DNA of 64,000 bases, from positions 196 to 64,195 of the forward strand of contig JBNJCW010000003.1 of the NCBI GenBank assembly GCA_051744345.1, in the 5' to 3' direction. Shown in pieces: positions 19,259 through 29,267 of the stretch; position 1 is the first letter of the stretch; each line of letters begins with the position of its first letter. The position numbers and the translations under genes were made by a program. This stretch comes from Actinomycetota bacterium. Its GTDB lineage: Bacteria; Actinomycetota; Humimicrobiia; Humimicrobiales; Humimicrobiaceae. Under the pieces are notes generated by a model, which saw only the letters and a list, made by a program, of their open reading frames with translations, was not told the DNA's origin and did not search any database.

Positions 19259-20425
19259 CTAGTTTCCAAAGTAATTGTTTTCATAAAAGACCCTCTGGGC
19301 TTCAGCCACACCCGAGCCTACCTCCAGCTCAAAGCCCAGCTGCCTTAAAGCCATCTCCAGGCTGGATACTGCAGTTAAAACATCAAACATTCCGAACCAG
19401 CCCAGGTGGCCGATCCTGAAAATCTTTCCCTTAAGCTTGCCCTGGCCCCCGGCAATGGTTACCCCGTGCCTGGTCCGCATGATGGCAGTAAGCTCCTTGC
19501 CGTCAATCCCCCCGGGAACCATAACCGCAGTTACTGAATGGCCCCTGGCCTGGGGATCTTCCACCAGCAGCTTTAGCCCAATCTTTTCAACTGCCCTCTG
19601 GGTAGCCTCCGCAAGGATCTTATGCCTCCTGTATGATCCGGCAAGGCCTTCCTCAAGCAGAATATCCATAGCCTTATTGATGGCTACTATAATGGAAATA
19701 GCCGGGGTCCATGGAGTCTGGGGAGGGTTCCTCCTGGCTGCTTCCCTGGCATTGAGCAAATTAAAATAAAAACGGGGGGTATCAGACTTTTCAATAAGGC
19801 CCCATGCTTTCTGGCTCACACTTATAAAAGCCGCTCCCGTGGGGGCGCTTAAACCCTTCTGGGAACCTCCAATGACTATATCCATATTCCACTGGTCGGT
19901 CTTAAACTCGGAAGCGCCCAGACCGCTTATGGCATCCACAATGGTTATGGCATCATAATCCTTGACAATATTGCCTATGGCCTTTGCGTTATTTAAGACC
20001 CCGGTTGAGGTTTCACTGAATTGAAACATCACACCTTTTATAGCCGGATCTCCTTCCAGGGCCTCCTTTATATCCTCAGGATCTACCGCCTGGCCCCATT
20101 CATAATCAATTGAGGCAAGCTCCAGCCCGTACATCTTTGACAGCTTCTTAAACCTTTCACCAAAATTTCCCGCACTGGCTACCAGCACCTTGTCCCCCGG
20201 TGAAAAAGCATTGGTTACCGCCGCCTCCATTCCGCCGGTCCCGGAAGAGGTAAGTATAAATACATCATTTTGGGTATCCATAAGTTTCTTCAGCTTCTCT
20301 GTTGCAGCCGTAAAAATTTCTGAAAACTCGGGAGACCGGTGATGCATAAGCGGCCTGGCATGTTCCAGCAACACTTCCTCTGATATGGGTGTAGGTCCTG
20401 GCGTCATTATATATTTTTTAATCAT
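19259..20425 (-). CDS. Class V (AGXT-family) aminotransferase, probably phosphoserine aminotransferase
   Basis: 388 aa PLP-fold protein, with the PLP-lysine region around SQKGLSAPTG. Its position immediately downstream of serA suggests the SerC function. Confidence 0.65.
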   Translation of the reverse strand: MIKKYIMTPGPTPISEEVLLEHARPLMHHRSPEFSEIFTAATEKLKKLMDTQNDVFILTSSGTGGMEAAVTNAFSPGDKVLVASAGNFGERFKKLSKMYGLELASIDYEWGQAVDPEDIKEALEGDPAIKGVMFQFSETSTGVLNNAKAIGNIVKDYDAITIVDAISGLGASEFKTDQWNMDIVIGGSQKGLSAPTGAAFISVSQKAWGLIEKSDTPRFYFNLLNAREAARRNPPQTPWTPAISIIVAINKAMDILLEEGLAGSYRRHKILAEATQRAVEKIGLKLLVEDPQARGHSVTAVMVPGGIDGKELTAIMRTRHGVTIAGGQGKLKGKIFRIGHLGWFGMFDVLTAVSSLEMALRQLGFELEVGSGVAEAQRVFYENNYFGN

Positions 20426-20453
20426 TCTTGCTCCTCTCTACGGTCAAAACAAA

Positions 20454-20939
20454 TTATATCTTTTTACTGCCCCTGGTGCAGGCTATCTTCCCTGTCCTGG
20501 TAAGCTCCAGTATCCCGTAAGGCTCAAGCAGCTGGCATAATGCTTCCACCTTGCTCGAGGTGCCGGTAATCTCTATAAGCAGGGACTTCTTGGCCACATC
20601 AACTATGTTCGCCCTGAAAATATTCACTATTTCCAGTATTTCCGCCCTGTTCCCGGCATCGGTGGCCACCTTGATTAATACCAGTTCCCTCTCCACTATA
20701 TTTACCGGATCAAGTTCCTGTATTTTAAGCACATTTATGAGCTTGTACAGCTGCTTAACCACCTGCTCTATGCCCCGCTGGTCTGCCTGTACCACAATGG
20801 TTATCCTGGATATGCTCTTATCGTCTGTTGTGCCCACCGCAAGGCTGTCAATATTGAATCCCCTCCTGCTGAAGAGCCCTGCTATCTTGGCCAGAACCCC
20901 AGCCTTGTTTTCCACTAATACTGAGATTATATGATTCAT
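20454..20939 (-). CDS. ilvN: Acetolactate synthase small (regulatory) subunit
   Basis: 161 aa. MNHIISVLVENKAGVLAKIAGLFSRRGFNIDSLAV is an ACT-domain start typical of IlvH/IlvN. Confidence 0.8.
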   Translation of the reverse strand: MNHIISVLVENKAGVLAKIAGLFSRRGFNIDSLAVGTTDDKSISRITIVVQADQRGIEQVVKQLYKLINVLKIQELDPVNIVERELVLIKVATDAGNRAEILEIVNIFRANIVDVAKKSLLIEITGTSSKVEALCQLLEPYGILELTRTGKIACTRGSKKI

Positions 20940-20949
20940 TTATACCACC

Positions 20950-22653
20950 TTAATATTCCCATTCTAACATTTCGCTGATAGGTGCCCCCGGCGCAACCAT
21001 GGGATAAACATTCTCTTCGCTCTCTATCCAGAAATCAACTAAAACAGCATTGTCTATCTCCAGGGCTTTCTTTATGGCCCCCTCAACATCTTTTTTATCG
21101 GTTACCCTGATTCCGACACCTCCGTATGCCTCCATTAATTTAACAAAATCAACACACTCGCGGATACAGGTATGCGAATATCTTTTTTTAAAGAACAGTT
21201 CCTGCCACTGCCTTACCATCCCCAGATACCCGTTATTTAGAAGCATTATCTTTACCGGTATCTTGCTGCTAACCGCGGTAGCCATTTCCTGGGACACCAT
21301 CTGTATGCTCCCGTCCCCGGCGATATCTATTACCGTCTTATCCGGCCTTCCTGTCTTTGCACCTATGGCTGCGGGCAGGCCGAACCCCATAGTTCCCAGG
21401 CCGCCGGAAGAAATAAAGGTCCTGGGCTGCGTATACTTGTAGAACTGCGCCGCCCACATCTGGTTCTGGCCGACTTCGGTACATATTATGGCATTGCCCT
21501 CAGTAAGTTCATATATTTTTTCCACTATATAAGCGGGTTTGAGGTTAGGAGATTCCTTGTCATACATAAGGGGATATTTTTCCTTCAGTTCCATAAGGTA
21601 GGCAATCCAGGCCTTCTTTATTTCCACGCTCTTGTCATTATCCAGCTCAAAATACCTCTGTTGCAGGTCAGTCAAGACATCCTTGGCATTGCCCACAACC
21701 GGTATGGCTGTCTTTACAATCTTGCCTATCTCCGCCGGATCTATGTCTATATGTATAACTTCAGCATTTGGCGCAAAACCGCTTACCTTGCCTGTAACCC
21801 GGTCATCAAACCTGGCCCCGACCGCTATTATAAGGTCGGCCTCGGTAAAAGCCATATTTGCATACCTTGTTCCATGCATACCCGCCATATTAAGGGCCAG
21901 CGGATTGTCTTCAGGAAAAGACCCCATGCCCAGAAGCGAAGTGATAACCGGCAGTTTCGCTTTATGTGCAAACCGGGTAAGTATCTCGCTGGCCCCGGAG
22001 GATATAACCCCTCCTCCGGAGAAAATTACCGGCCTCCTGCTTTCAAATATCTTTCTGGCAGCCTGCTTTATCTGTTTCTGGTTACCCTTGTAGGTCGGCT
22101 TATAGCCCGGTAAATTTATCTCCCCTTCTGCCTTTTCATCAATCATTGCCTGGGATATGTCAACCGGTATATCAATAAGGACAGGGCCAGGTCTTCCCGT
22201 GGAAGCAATATAGAACGCCTCCTTTATGATAGAAGGCAGATTCTTTATGTCCTTTACCAGATAATTGTGCTTGGTTATGGGAGCAGTAATCCCGGTTATA
22301 TCAGCCTCCTGGAATGCATCTGTTCCTATCTCCGCCGTGGATACCTGGCCGGTTAGCGCCACTATGGGCACCGAATCCATATAAGCATTAGCGATTCCTG
22401 TAACCAGGTTTGTAGCCCCCGGCCCGGAAGTTGAAACACATACCCCGGTTTTACCCGTAGCCCGGGCATAACCATCGGCAGCATGGGAAGCTCCCTGCTC
22501 ATGCCTGACCAGTATATGCTTTATATCTGAATCAAAAAGGGTATCATAAAGGGGTATAACCTTTCCCCCGGGATAGCCGAATATCACTTCCACGCCTTCC
22601 TGCTTCAGGCACTTTATTATCATCTGTGCTCCAGTTATTTTACTCATAATCAA
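20950..22653 (-). CDS. ilvB: Acetolactate synthase large (catalytic) subunit
   Basis: 567 aa ThDP enzyme with the GDGS ThDP-binding motif. Confidence 0.9.
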   Translation of the reverse strand: MIMSKITGAQMIIKCLKQEGVEVIFGYPGGKVIPLYDTLFDSDIKHILVRHEQGASHAADGYARATGKTGVCVSTSGPGATNLVTGIANAYMDSVPIVALTGQVSTAEIGTDAFQEADITGITAPITKHNYLVKDIKNLPSIIKEAFYIASTGRPGPVLIDIPVDISQAMIDEKAEGEINLPGYKPTYKGNQKQIKQAARKIFESRRPVIFSGGGVISSGASEILTRFAHKAKLPVITSLLGMGSFPEDNPLALNMAGMHGTRYANMAFTEADLIIAVGARFDDRVTGKVSGFAPNAEVIHIDIDPAEIGKIVKTAIPVVGNAKDVLTDLQQRYFELDNDKSVEIKKAWIAYLMELKEKYPLMYDKESPNLKPAYIVEKIYELTEGNAIICTEVGQNQMWAAQFYKYTQPRTFISSGGLGTMGFGLPAAIGAKTGRPDKTVIDIAGDGSIQMVSQEMATAVSSKIPVKIMLLNNGYLGMVRQWQELFFKKRYSHTCIRECVDFVKLMEAYGGVGIRVTDKKDVEGAIKKALEIDNAVLVDFWIESEENVYPMVAPGAPISEMLEWEY

Positions 22654-22764
22654 CTCCTAATAAAATCGAGTTAGTAACAACTTTATAACAGTTTTGGTGA
22701 TTATAACATTTTATCCTGCATTTTCAATTACCAAAACCTGCAAAATTATTAAAAAAATATTAAT

Positions 22765-24423
22765 TTACTCCAGAACAGCGCCCCTGGCTGCAGAGGTTAC
22801 CATCTTTGCATACCTGGCCAGATACCCTTCATTAATCTTGGGCTCAGGAGGACTCCAAAAAGACAGCCTCCGTTTTATTTCATCCCCGTCCACCAGGAGG
22901 TTAATGCTGTTTTCCGGGATATCAATCTCTATTATATCCCCTTCTTCAACTATGCATATGGGGCCGCCGGCCTGAGCTTCAGGACAGATATGGCCTATGG
23001 ATGCCCCCTTGGTAGCTCCGGAAAACCTTCCGTCGGTTATAAGGGCAACTTCCCTATCCAGCCCGATGCCCGCTATGGCAGAAGTAGGGGAAAGCATCTC
23101 CCTCATGCCCGGGCCTCCCTTTGGCCCTTCATAACGGATAACCACCACATCTCCGCTCAAAACCTTTCCTGCCAGGATGGCTTCCATGACTTCTTCTTCA
23201 CTGCCGTAAACCCTGGCCTTTCCCTTGTGTTTTAGCATCGCCGGATCCACCGCAGACTTTTTAACCACACAGCCCTCCGGCGCCAGGTTGCCCCAGAGTA
23301 TTGCTATCCCTCCATCCTTTGAATACGGGTTTGAAACGCTTCTTATTACTTCACCGTTAGCTATTTTAGCCTCTCCAACATTATCCCTAACAGTGGTTCC
23401 GGTAACAGTCATCAGCTCTCCGTCTATAAGGTTATTCTGCAACAGCTCATTCATTACCGCCTCTATGCCGCCGGCAAAGTAAAGGTCCTCTATATGGAAA
23501 TCCCCTGCAGGGCTCAGCCTACAAAGGTTTGGTGTTTTTTTGCTCACCTGGTTAACCAGCTCCAATGAAAAATCTACCCCTGCTTCCCTGGCTATAGCCG
23601 GCAGATGCAGGACGGTATTGGTGGAACAACCCAGAGCCATATCTACAGAAAGAGCATTTATAACTGCCTGTTCATTAATAATATCTCTGGACCTTATATC
23701 CTTTTCCACCAGTTCCATGATCTTTGTGCCTGCCATCTTGGCCAATCTTATCCTTTTGGCCAGAACTGCAGGTATGGTGCCGTTGCCGGGAAGGGCAAGC
23801 CCTACGGCTTCGGACAAACAGTTCATGGAATTTGCAGTATACATTCCCGAACAGCTCCCGCAGGTAGGGCAGGCCTCTTCTTCCAGGCGGTATATATCCT
23901 CATCGCTGTAATCCCCGTTCCTGTATCTGCCAACTGCCTCAAAACAGCTGCCTAAATCAACTGTTCGGCCTTCAATATTTCCCGCCATCATGGGACCGCC
24001 GCTAATCACTACCGAAGGTATATTTAACCTGGCAGCAGCCATAAGCATTCCCGGGACAATCTTATCGCAATTGGGTATAAGCACCAGCCCGTCAAAGGGG
24101 TGGGCCATGGCTGTAGCCTCTATGCTGTCCGCTATTATTTCCCTGGTAGCCAGTGAGTATTTCATTCCCTTATGGTTCATGGCTATACCGTCACAAACCC
24201 CGATAGTGCCGAATTCCAAGGGTGTTCCGCCGGCAGCCCTTATCCCCGCCTTCACAGCTTCTGCTATCTTATCCAGATTAACATGGCCGGGGATAAGTTC
24301 ATTTACAGAATTGGCCACTCCGATCATTGGCCTGGATATTTCCTGGTCAGTAAGGCCGCAGGCCTTAAGCAGAGACCTGTGCGCCAATCTCTCAACACCT
24401 TTTTTCATATCATCGCTTCTCAA
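22765..24423 (-). CDS. ilvD: Dihydroxy-acid dehydratase
   Basis: 552 aa IlvD/EDD family protein with the CDGIAMNH... and CPTCGSC cluster motifs. Confidence 0.9.
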   Translation of the reverse strand: MRSDDMKKGVERLAHRSLLKACGLTDQEISRPMIGVANSVNELIPGHVNLDKIAEAVKAGIRAAGGTPLEFGTIGVCDGIAMNHKGMKYSLATREIIADSIEATAMAHPFDGLVLIPNCDKIVPGMLMAAARLNIPSVVISGGPMMAGNIEGRTVDLGSCFEAVGRYRNGDYSDEDIYRLEEEACPTCGSCSGMYTANSMNCLSEAVGLALPGNGTIPAVLAKRIRLAKMAGTKIMELVEKDIRSRDIINEQAVINALSVDMALGCSTNTVLHLPAIAREAGVDFSLELVNQVSKKTPNLCRLSPAGDFHIEDLYFAGGIEAVMNELLQNNLIDGELMTVTGTTVRDNVGEAKIANGEVIRSVSNPYSKDGGIAILWGNLAPEGCVVKKSAVDPAMLKHKGKARVYGSEEEVMEAILAGKVLSGDVVVIRYEGPKGGPGMREMLSPTSAIAGIGLDREVALITDGRFSGATKGASIGHICPEAQAGGPICIVEEGDIIEIDIPENSINLLVDGDEIKRRLSFWSPPEPKINEGYLARYAKMVTSAARGAVLE

Positions 24424-24727
24424 TTTGCCTCCCCGTTAAATTAAAAATATTAAAAAACCATAAACAGGTATACCTTTAATAATATAATAGGATTCAATAG
24501 TAAAGAAAGAAACTATCGGAAATCCTAATATCTAGGATAGGATACCGACTAGTAGCAAACAGACTAAGGAAATAATGACAATCACGGGCAGGCCAAAGCT
24601 AAGCCTTTCTGACGGCTCATATGAAAATAATCTATTTTTTATTGCCTTGCTGCCCATAATTTAAAGAATATTTAATTAACTTGTAATATTACCATAGTTA
24701 AAACAGGATAACAATACAAAATTACCA

Positions 24728-24762
24728 ACCAAAATAAGCAGGGCCGGCGCTAACCGGCCCTG
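24728..24762 (-). terminator. Rho-independent terminator after the secreted protease gene
   Basis: GC-rich hairpin CAGGGCCGG-cgctaa-CCGGCCCTG (24739-24762), followed on the minus strand by a U-rich run (CUUAUUUUGG). Confidence 0.5.
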
Positions 24763-24776
24763 TAACAAGACTAATC

Positions 24777-26273
24777 CTACTCCAGCTCATTTCCGCAATT
24801 GCTGCAGAACTTCTGGCCTTCTTCTGCTTCTTTTCCGCAGGATGGGCAGAACTTTTTACCCTCCCCGGGTTGTTCCTTTGCCTCCGGCTGTGTTTCCTGT
24901 TTTATCCCTTTTGCCGTCTCCCCTGGTTTTGGCGGAGCGTTTTTCTTCCTTACCACGACTACTACTATTATAATTATCGCTGCTATTATCAGCAATGGAA
25001 TTACTATAGCCAGCACGATAAGTATTATCCCCAGGGCAACCTGGCCGCCTTCCGTTTCTTCTTCTGCTGCTTCCTGGGCCGGCTGCGGTTCTTCTACAAC
25101 AGCTTCTTCTTCAAACGGGCTTTCTTCAAGCGCAACCTCTTCAGCTATTTCCACCTCAGTGACCGCGGGCTCCAGGGGCACATCCTCTCCCCTGTCTATC
25201 GCCGCCTGAGAATTCGCCTTATACTCCTGTGCAAGAAGGTTCCCCTGGCTCAAGTTGAGCACCGCATCAAAAAGCTTGATTGCCTCAGAATAATGCGACT
25301 GCCTGTACATGGCCAGTCCATTGGCAAAGTTTTCATCAACCATCCCCAGCTTGTTTTCCACTCCATTCCTGTTCATCATCTCTTTAATGTCGTTGCTGGG
25401 TCTAAGATAATTAATATTTTCAAGACCCATGGTAAGTATCCCTATAACCTCTCCCTGCTCGCTTAATACCGGTCCACCGCTATTGCCGGGGGCGGCGGTG
25501 CCGTCTACCTGCAGAACCTCGGTACCTGATACCATCTTCCTGGCACTGACAATCCCCGAGGTAATAGTAGGAGTCATTATGGATTCCCAGCTTATGTCTG
25601 CATTCCAGGGATACCCTATTATGGTAAGCGAATCCTGTATCTCTACCTTGGAAGAATCCCCTACAATAGCACTGGACAGTGACCTGCCGGTGGTAGGCTG
25701 GATCTTGAGTATGGCAATATCCCTCTGATCCCAGGGGCTGGAATCTATGAACTCCGCCCTTACATATGTATTGTCAGGGTTATCAGGCAGCCCTGCAGTA
25801 GCTGTGTTAAACTGTACCCATACTTCCCTGTCAGGCTCTGTCTTGTTCAGCCCCTCTACTTTAAAATTGTCATATATCCAGTTCCAGTCATTATCGGTAA
25901 GGTTAAAATAGTCGTCAGGATAAGTATCAAAAATATAGGCATCCAGTATGGCCCACTTTATATTAACATAGTCCTCCTCTATTACATGCGCAGCGGTTAC
26001 TATATGCCCGGTATCTGGATTCACCCCAAAGCCTGTTCCTCCAAAAGGTCCGTAGTAATACTGCTGGGACCAATCCTCAAAATCAGGGTCATACACATAT
26101 CCATAATACATGGTGGTTACATAGCATATGCTGGGCTGGGTAAGGATTACTTTATCCTTGGCAGTAAATTGATATTCTGCATCTTCATCCTGGGCAAATA
26201 AAGAAGATGAAAAGCTTAAAACAAAAACAAGGATGAAGACAAAAAGAAACAGTTTGGTAATGATTTTTCCCAT
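24777..26273 (-). CDS. Secreted trypsin-like serine protease with a TPR-like region, one C-terminal TM helix and a cytoplasmic double CxxC zinc ribbon
   Basis: 498 aa. Elements in order: an N-terminal signal peptide, a GNSGGPV serine-protease motif, an acidic linker, the TM helix GIILIVLAIVIPLLIIAAIIIIVVVVV, then KFCPSCGKEAEEGQKFCSNCGNELE. Confidence 0.7.
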   Translation of the reverse strand: MGKIITKLFLFVFILVFVLSFSSSLFAQDEDAEYQFTAKDKVILTQPSICYVTTMYYGYVYDPDFEDWSQQYYYGPFGGTGFGVNPDTGHIVTAAHVIEEDYVNIKWAILDAYIFDTYPDDYFNLTDNDWNWIYDNFKVEGLNKTEPDREVWVQFNTATAGLPDNPDNTYVRAEFIDSSPWDQRDIAILKIQPTTGRSLSSAIVGDSSKVEIQDSLTIIGYPWNADISWESIMTPTITSGIVSARKMVSGTEVLQVDGTAAPGNSGGPVLSEQGEVIGILTMGLENINYLRPSNDIKEMMNRNGVENKLGMVDENFANGLAMYRQSHYSEAIKLFDAVLNLSQGNLLAQEYKANSQAAIDRGEDVPLEPAVTEVEIAEEVALEESPFEEEAVVEEPQPAQEAAEEETEGGQVALGIILIVLAIVIPLLIIAAIIIIVVVVVRKKNAPPKPGETAKGIKQETQPEAKEQPGEGKKFCPSCGKEAEEGQKFCSNCGNELE

Positions 26274-26357
26274 ATTATTCTCCTGTTTTGATTATTATAT
26301 TTTAATTATACATCTCGAGTACATAAAGTCAATAAACTTTTAGAATTAATATCAATA

Positions 26358-27437
26358 TTATTCGCAATACTTTTTTCTATAAATTTCTATATATTTGTTT
26401 GAAGGCAGTATTTCAAACTCAATACGGTACCTAACTGTCTCCCCCGGCTCTATAAATTGGAGGTTTCCTTCCTTCCTCTCCACAGCCCTGCCCCTTGGCC
26501 AGCTGTTTGCAGGCTCGATTCCGCATACGTACTCGTCAGCTCCCATCATTTTCCACTGGATCAGGTTAGGAAGGCTTTCTTTTTTAAACCTTACCGCTAT
26601 CCCTATTCCCCTGTCATTATCAAATGCTGGGTTAACTATGGCTACATTAGCGTATCCGTCACTATCTGCCTCTATATCATGAAAGAAGCACTGCTCATTA
26701 TACCCGGTAACCGGCTCTATAAACCGATTAAAGCTGTCCCGGCCTTTCTTAGCCTCTTCGTCCCTGGGCCAAACCTTTGCTTCTGCTTCCAGAAGCTCTG
26801 AGGTGCTGTCAAGCACCGGAAAACCAATATTTATATGGTAGAGGACCATCAGCGGGGAAGCCTGGCTGCCGATATTTTCAATCTCGTCTTCCAGGAAAAC
26901 CTTTGGTTTTCCCATCCAGGTAGTTATCTTCCTGGAGAGCTCCAGCTTGGGCCCGAATACACTGGCCTCCCTTACTTTTCCCTGCACAAACATCTGGTAG
27001 TCGTCACCGTCCCATCTCCCGTCTGCGCAGACATTTGCTGCTGCCAGATTGGAAATCCTTCCATGGATGCCCAGCTCCTGGCCCCGGTCAACACTGGGAG
27101 CCCCCATATAAGTCAGGCCGCATGTGGTAAGCAGCCCGCCATAAAAAGTCCTCAGCCATTCCAAGCCACTGCTATCGTAATAGGCAGGAGACGTTTCCGG
27201 TACTGCAGACCTCCAGCCTATGGGCGCTGACTTATAGGAAAGGTATGATATATCCAGTCCCCGGTCAGCCAGTACAGTCATATCCAAGCCGCTTGGGCTC
27301 TTCAAATCTATGGCCCTTACCCCTTTCCTTAAACCGTCTGTAAACTGATATTCCTTAACCCCGCCCAGCTGGGAAATATCCCCTATCTTTCTAACCAGTT
27401 CTTTTTTACTGTAGCTTTTTCCAAAAACGTCCATCAC
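26358..27437 (-). CDS. Hypothetical protein, possibly DUF4432 or aldose-1-epimerase-like fold
   Basis: 359 aa soluble protein with no strong motif. Its start overlaps the bshA stop by 4 nt, so it is probably co-transcribed. Confidence 0.35.
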   Translation of the reverse strand: MMDVFGKSYSKKELVRKIGDISQLGGVKEYQFTDGLRKGVRAIDLKSPSGLDMTVLADRGLDISYLSYKSAPIGWRSAVPETSPAYYDSSGLEWLRTFYGGLLTTCGLTYMGAPSVDRGQELGIHGRISNLAAANVCADGRWDGDDYQMFVQGKVREASVFGPKLELSRKITTWMGKPKVFLEDEIENIGSQASPLMVLYHINIGFPVLDSTSELLEAEAKVWPRDEEAKKGRDSFNRFIEPVTGYNEQCFFHDIEADSDGYANVAIVNPAFDNDRGIGIAVRFKKESLPNLIQWKMMGADEYVCGIEPANSWPRGRAVERKEGNLQFIEPGETVRYRIEFEILPSNKYIEIYRKKYCE

Positions 27438-28552
27438 GGCCCTCCCTTATTTAAAATTTCTTCATAATATTGAACATACATGGGAACTATCCGGTTACTG
27501 TCAAAGTCTGTAGCCCTTTTTCTTGCCGCCTTGCTCATCCCTGCCCTCAAATTCGGGTCAGAAAGCACCTTTATGGCAGCCCTGGTCATGCCTTCCAGGT
27601 CATCAGGCAAAAATACATAACCGCAGCCATGGCCCTCTATTACTTCTTTTAAGCCCCCCACACTGGTACCTATTACCGGAACTCCGCAGGATAATGCCTC
27701 CAGTGACGCCAGCCCGAAACTCTCGCTTTTAGAAGGCTGCATGAATAAGTCCCCCATGCTCAAAAGGGGCACGATATCGTCCTGCCTGCCCGTAAAGCAA
27801 ACATAATCCTTAACCCCCAGCTGCTCAACCAGCTTCCTGCATTTACCCATCTCCGGCCCGTCACCAACCAGCATCAGCCTGCAGTCTAATTTATCCCTTA
27901 CCTTTTTAAACACCCTTATGATATTATCCACCCTTTTAACCGGCCTGAAATTGGAAATATGTATGATAAGCTTTTCGTCATTTTTAACAAAATCCATTCT
28001 CCTGGTTTTTCCCCTCTTGTATTTGGATGTATCCACAAAATTATAGATTACCTTCATATCTTTTTTTATATTAAAAATTCTGCCGGTGGCCTGTTTCAGG
28101 TAATCGGAAACACAGGTAATCCCGTCACTGTTCTCGATGCTGAACCTGGTAATATCATAGAAGGAGGCATGGTTTCCCACAATGGTAATATCCGTACCGT
28201 GAAGGGTGGTAACGAACCTTATCTTTCTGCTGGCTATCTTCTTGGCCAGGTAAGCAGAGGCGGCATGGGGTATCGCATAATGGACATGGAGTATATCCAG
28301 GCCTTCGGTATCCACAACTTCTGCCATCTTTGCGCCAAGTGACAGGGAGTAGGGAGGGTATTTAAACAGCGGGTACTCCAGGGTCTCTACCTCATGAAAA
28401 AAAATATTCTTGTAATAGGCGTTAAGCCTGAAAGGTAAACCGTAGCTTATAAAATGGACTACATGCCCCCTTTTAGCCAGCTCGATACCCAGTTCTGTGG
28501 CTACCGCCCCACTGCCTCCGTAGGTTGGATAACAGGTAATTCCTATCTTCAT
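27434..28552 (-). CDS. bshA: GT4 glycosyltransferase, BshA-like (N-acetyl-alpha-D-glucosaminyl L-malate synthase)
   Basis: 372 aa. The N-terminus MKIGITCYPTYGGSGAVATELGIELAKRGHVVHFISY closely resembles BshA N-termini. It carries the GT4 C-terminal E-x7-E region. Confidence 0.7.
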   Translation of the reverse strand: MKIGITCYPTYGGSGAVATELGIELAKRGHVVHFISYGLPFRLNAYYKNIFFHEVETLEYPLFKYPPYSLSLGAKMAEVVDTEGLDILHVHYAIPHAASAYLAKKIASRKIRFVTTLHGTDITIVGNHASFYDITRFSIENSDGITCVSDYLKQATGRIFNIKKDMKVIYNFVDTSKYKRGKTRRMDFVKNDEKLIIHISNFRPVKRVDNIIRVFKKVRDKLDCRLMLVGDGPEMGKCRKLVEQLGVKDYVCFTGRQDDIVPLLSMGDLFMQPSKSESFGLASLEALSCGVPVIGTSVGGLKEVIEGHGCGYVFLPDDLEGMTRAAIKVLSDPNLRAGMSKAARKRATDFDSNRIVPMYVQYYEEILNKGGP

Positions 28553-29265
28553 GTTTTTATATAGCTAAAAAATTCTAATGGATCGTCAACCTTGATATTA
28601 TGCTCAGCAAAGTAGGGCTCACCGTATTCTGCCATTATCTTGAGCCCGTGGCACTTGTCCCTGGTGGTGATAAGGTCCATAAAATACTTGGAAGATAACC
28701 GTGTCTGGGAATTCTTTTTAAATCTGCTGTGGATCTGGGACTGGTAGCTGGTTACCGCCTTCATCTTCTGCTCAAAATAATCAGAGATATCCACAATAAA
28801 GGCCGGCGTAAACTCATGGTGCATCATATAGCTGGCTACTACCTGGGGACGGTGTTTTTTTTGCCCTGTCTTCAATTTTTCCAGCCCGGAAGCAAACAGG
28901 CTGTCTTTTAACAGCTTATAGGAATTTTCATGGTCCGGATGGCGGTCTGTATGGTAGGGTATGATTGCCATTCGCGGCCTGTATTTCCTTATGGCCTTTA
29001 TTACTTTCTTCCTGCTCTGCAGGTCATTTACAATATTGCTATCTTCAAGCTTCAAATTATCCCTTAAGTCTAATCTGAGAATCTGTGTAGCTTTCCTGGT
29101 TTCTTCAGCCCTTACCTTGAGGTTGCCGTTGGTGGAAAGCTCTCCCAGGGTAAGGTCAATTATTCCTGTTTTGTATCCCTTATCCTTTAATTTTAACAGT
29201 AATCCCCCACAGCCCATTTCGGCATCATCGGGATGGGCACCAAAAGCAATTATATCTATATCCAT
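28549..29265 (-). CDS. bshB: LmbE/PIG-L family deacetylase, BshB-like
   Basis: 238 aa. MDIDIIAFGAHPDDAEMGCGG is the LmbE-family signature. Its stop overlaps the bshA start. Confidence 0.7.
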   Translation of the reverse strand: MDIDIIAFGAHPDDAEMGCGGLLLKLKDKGYKTGIIDLTLGELSTNGNLKVRAEETRKATQILRLDLRDNLKLEDSNIVNDLQSRKKVIKAIRKYRPRMAIIPYHTDRHPDHENSYKLLKDSLFASGLEKLKTGQKKHRPQVVASYMMHHEFTPAFIVDISDYFEQKMKAVTSYQSQIHSRFKKNSQTRLSSKYFMDLITTRDKCHGLKIMAEYGEPYFAEHNIKVDDPLEFFSYIKT

Positions 29266-29267
29266 TT

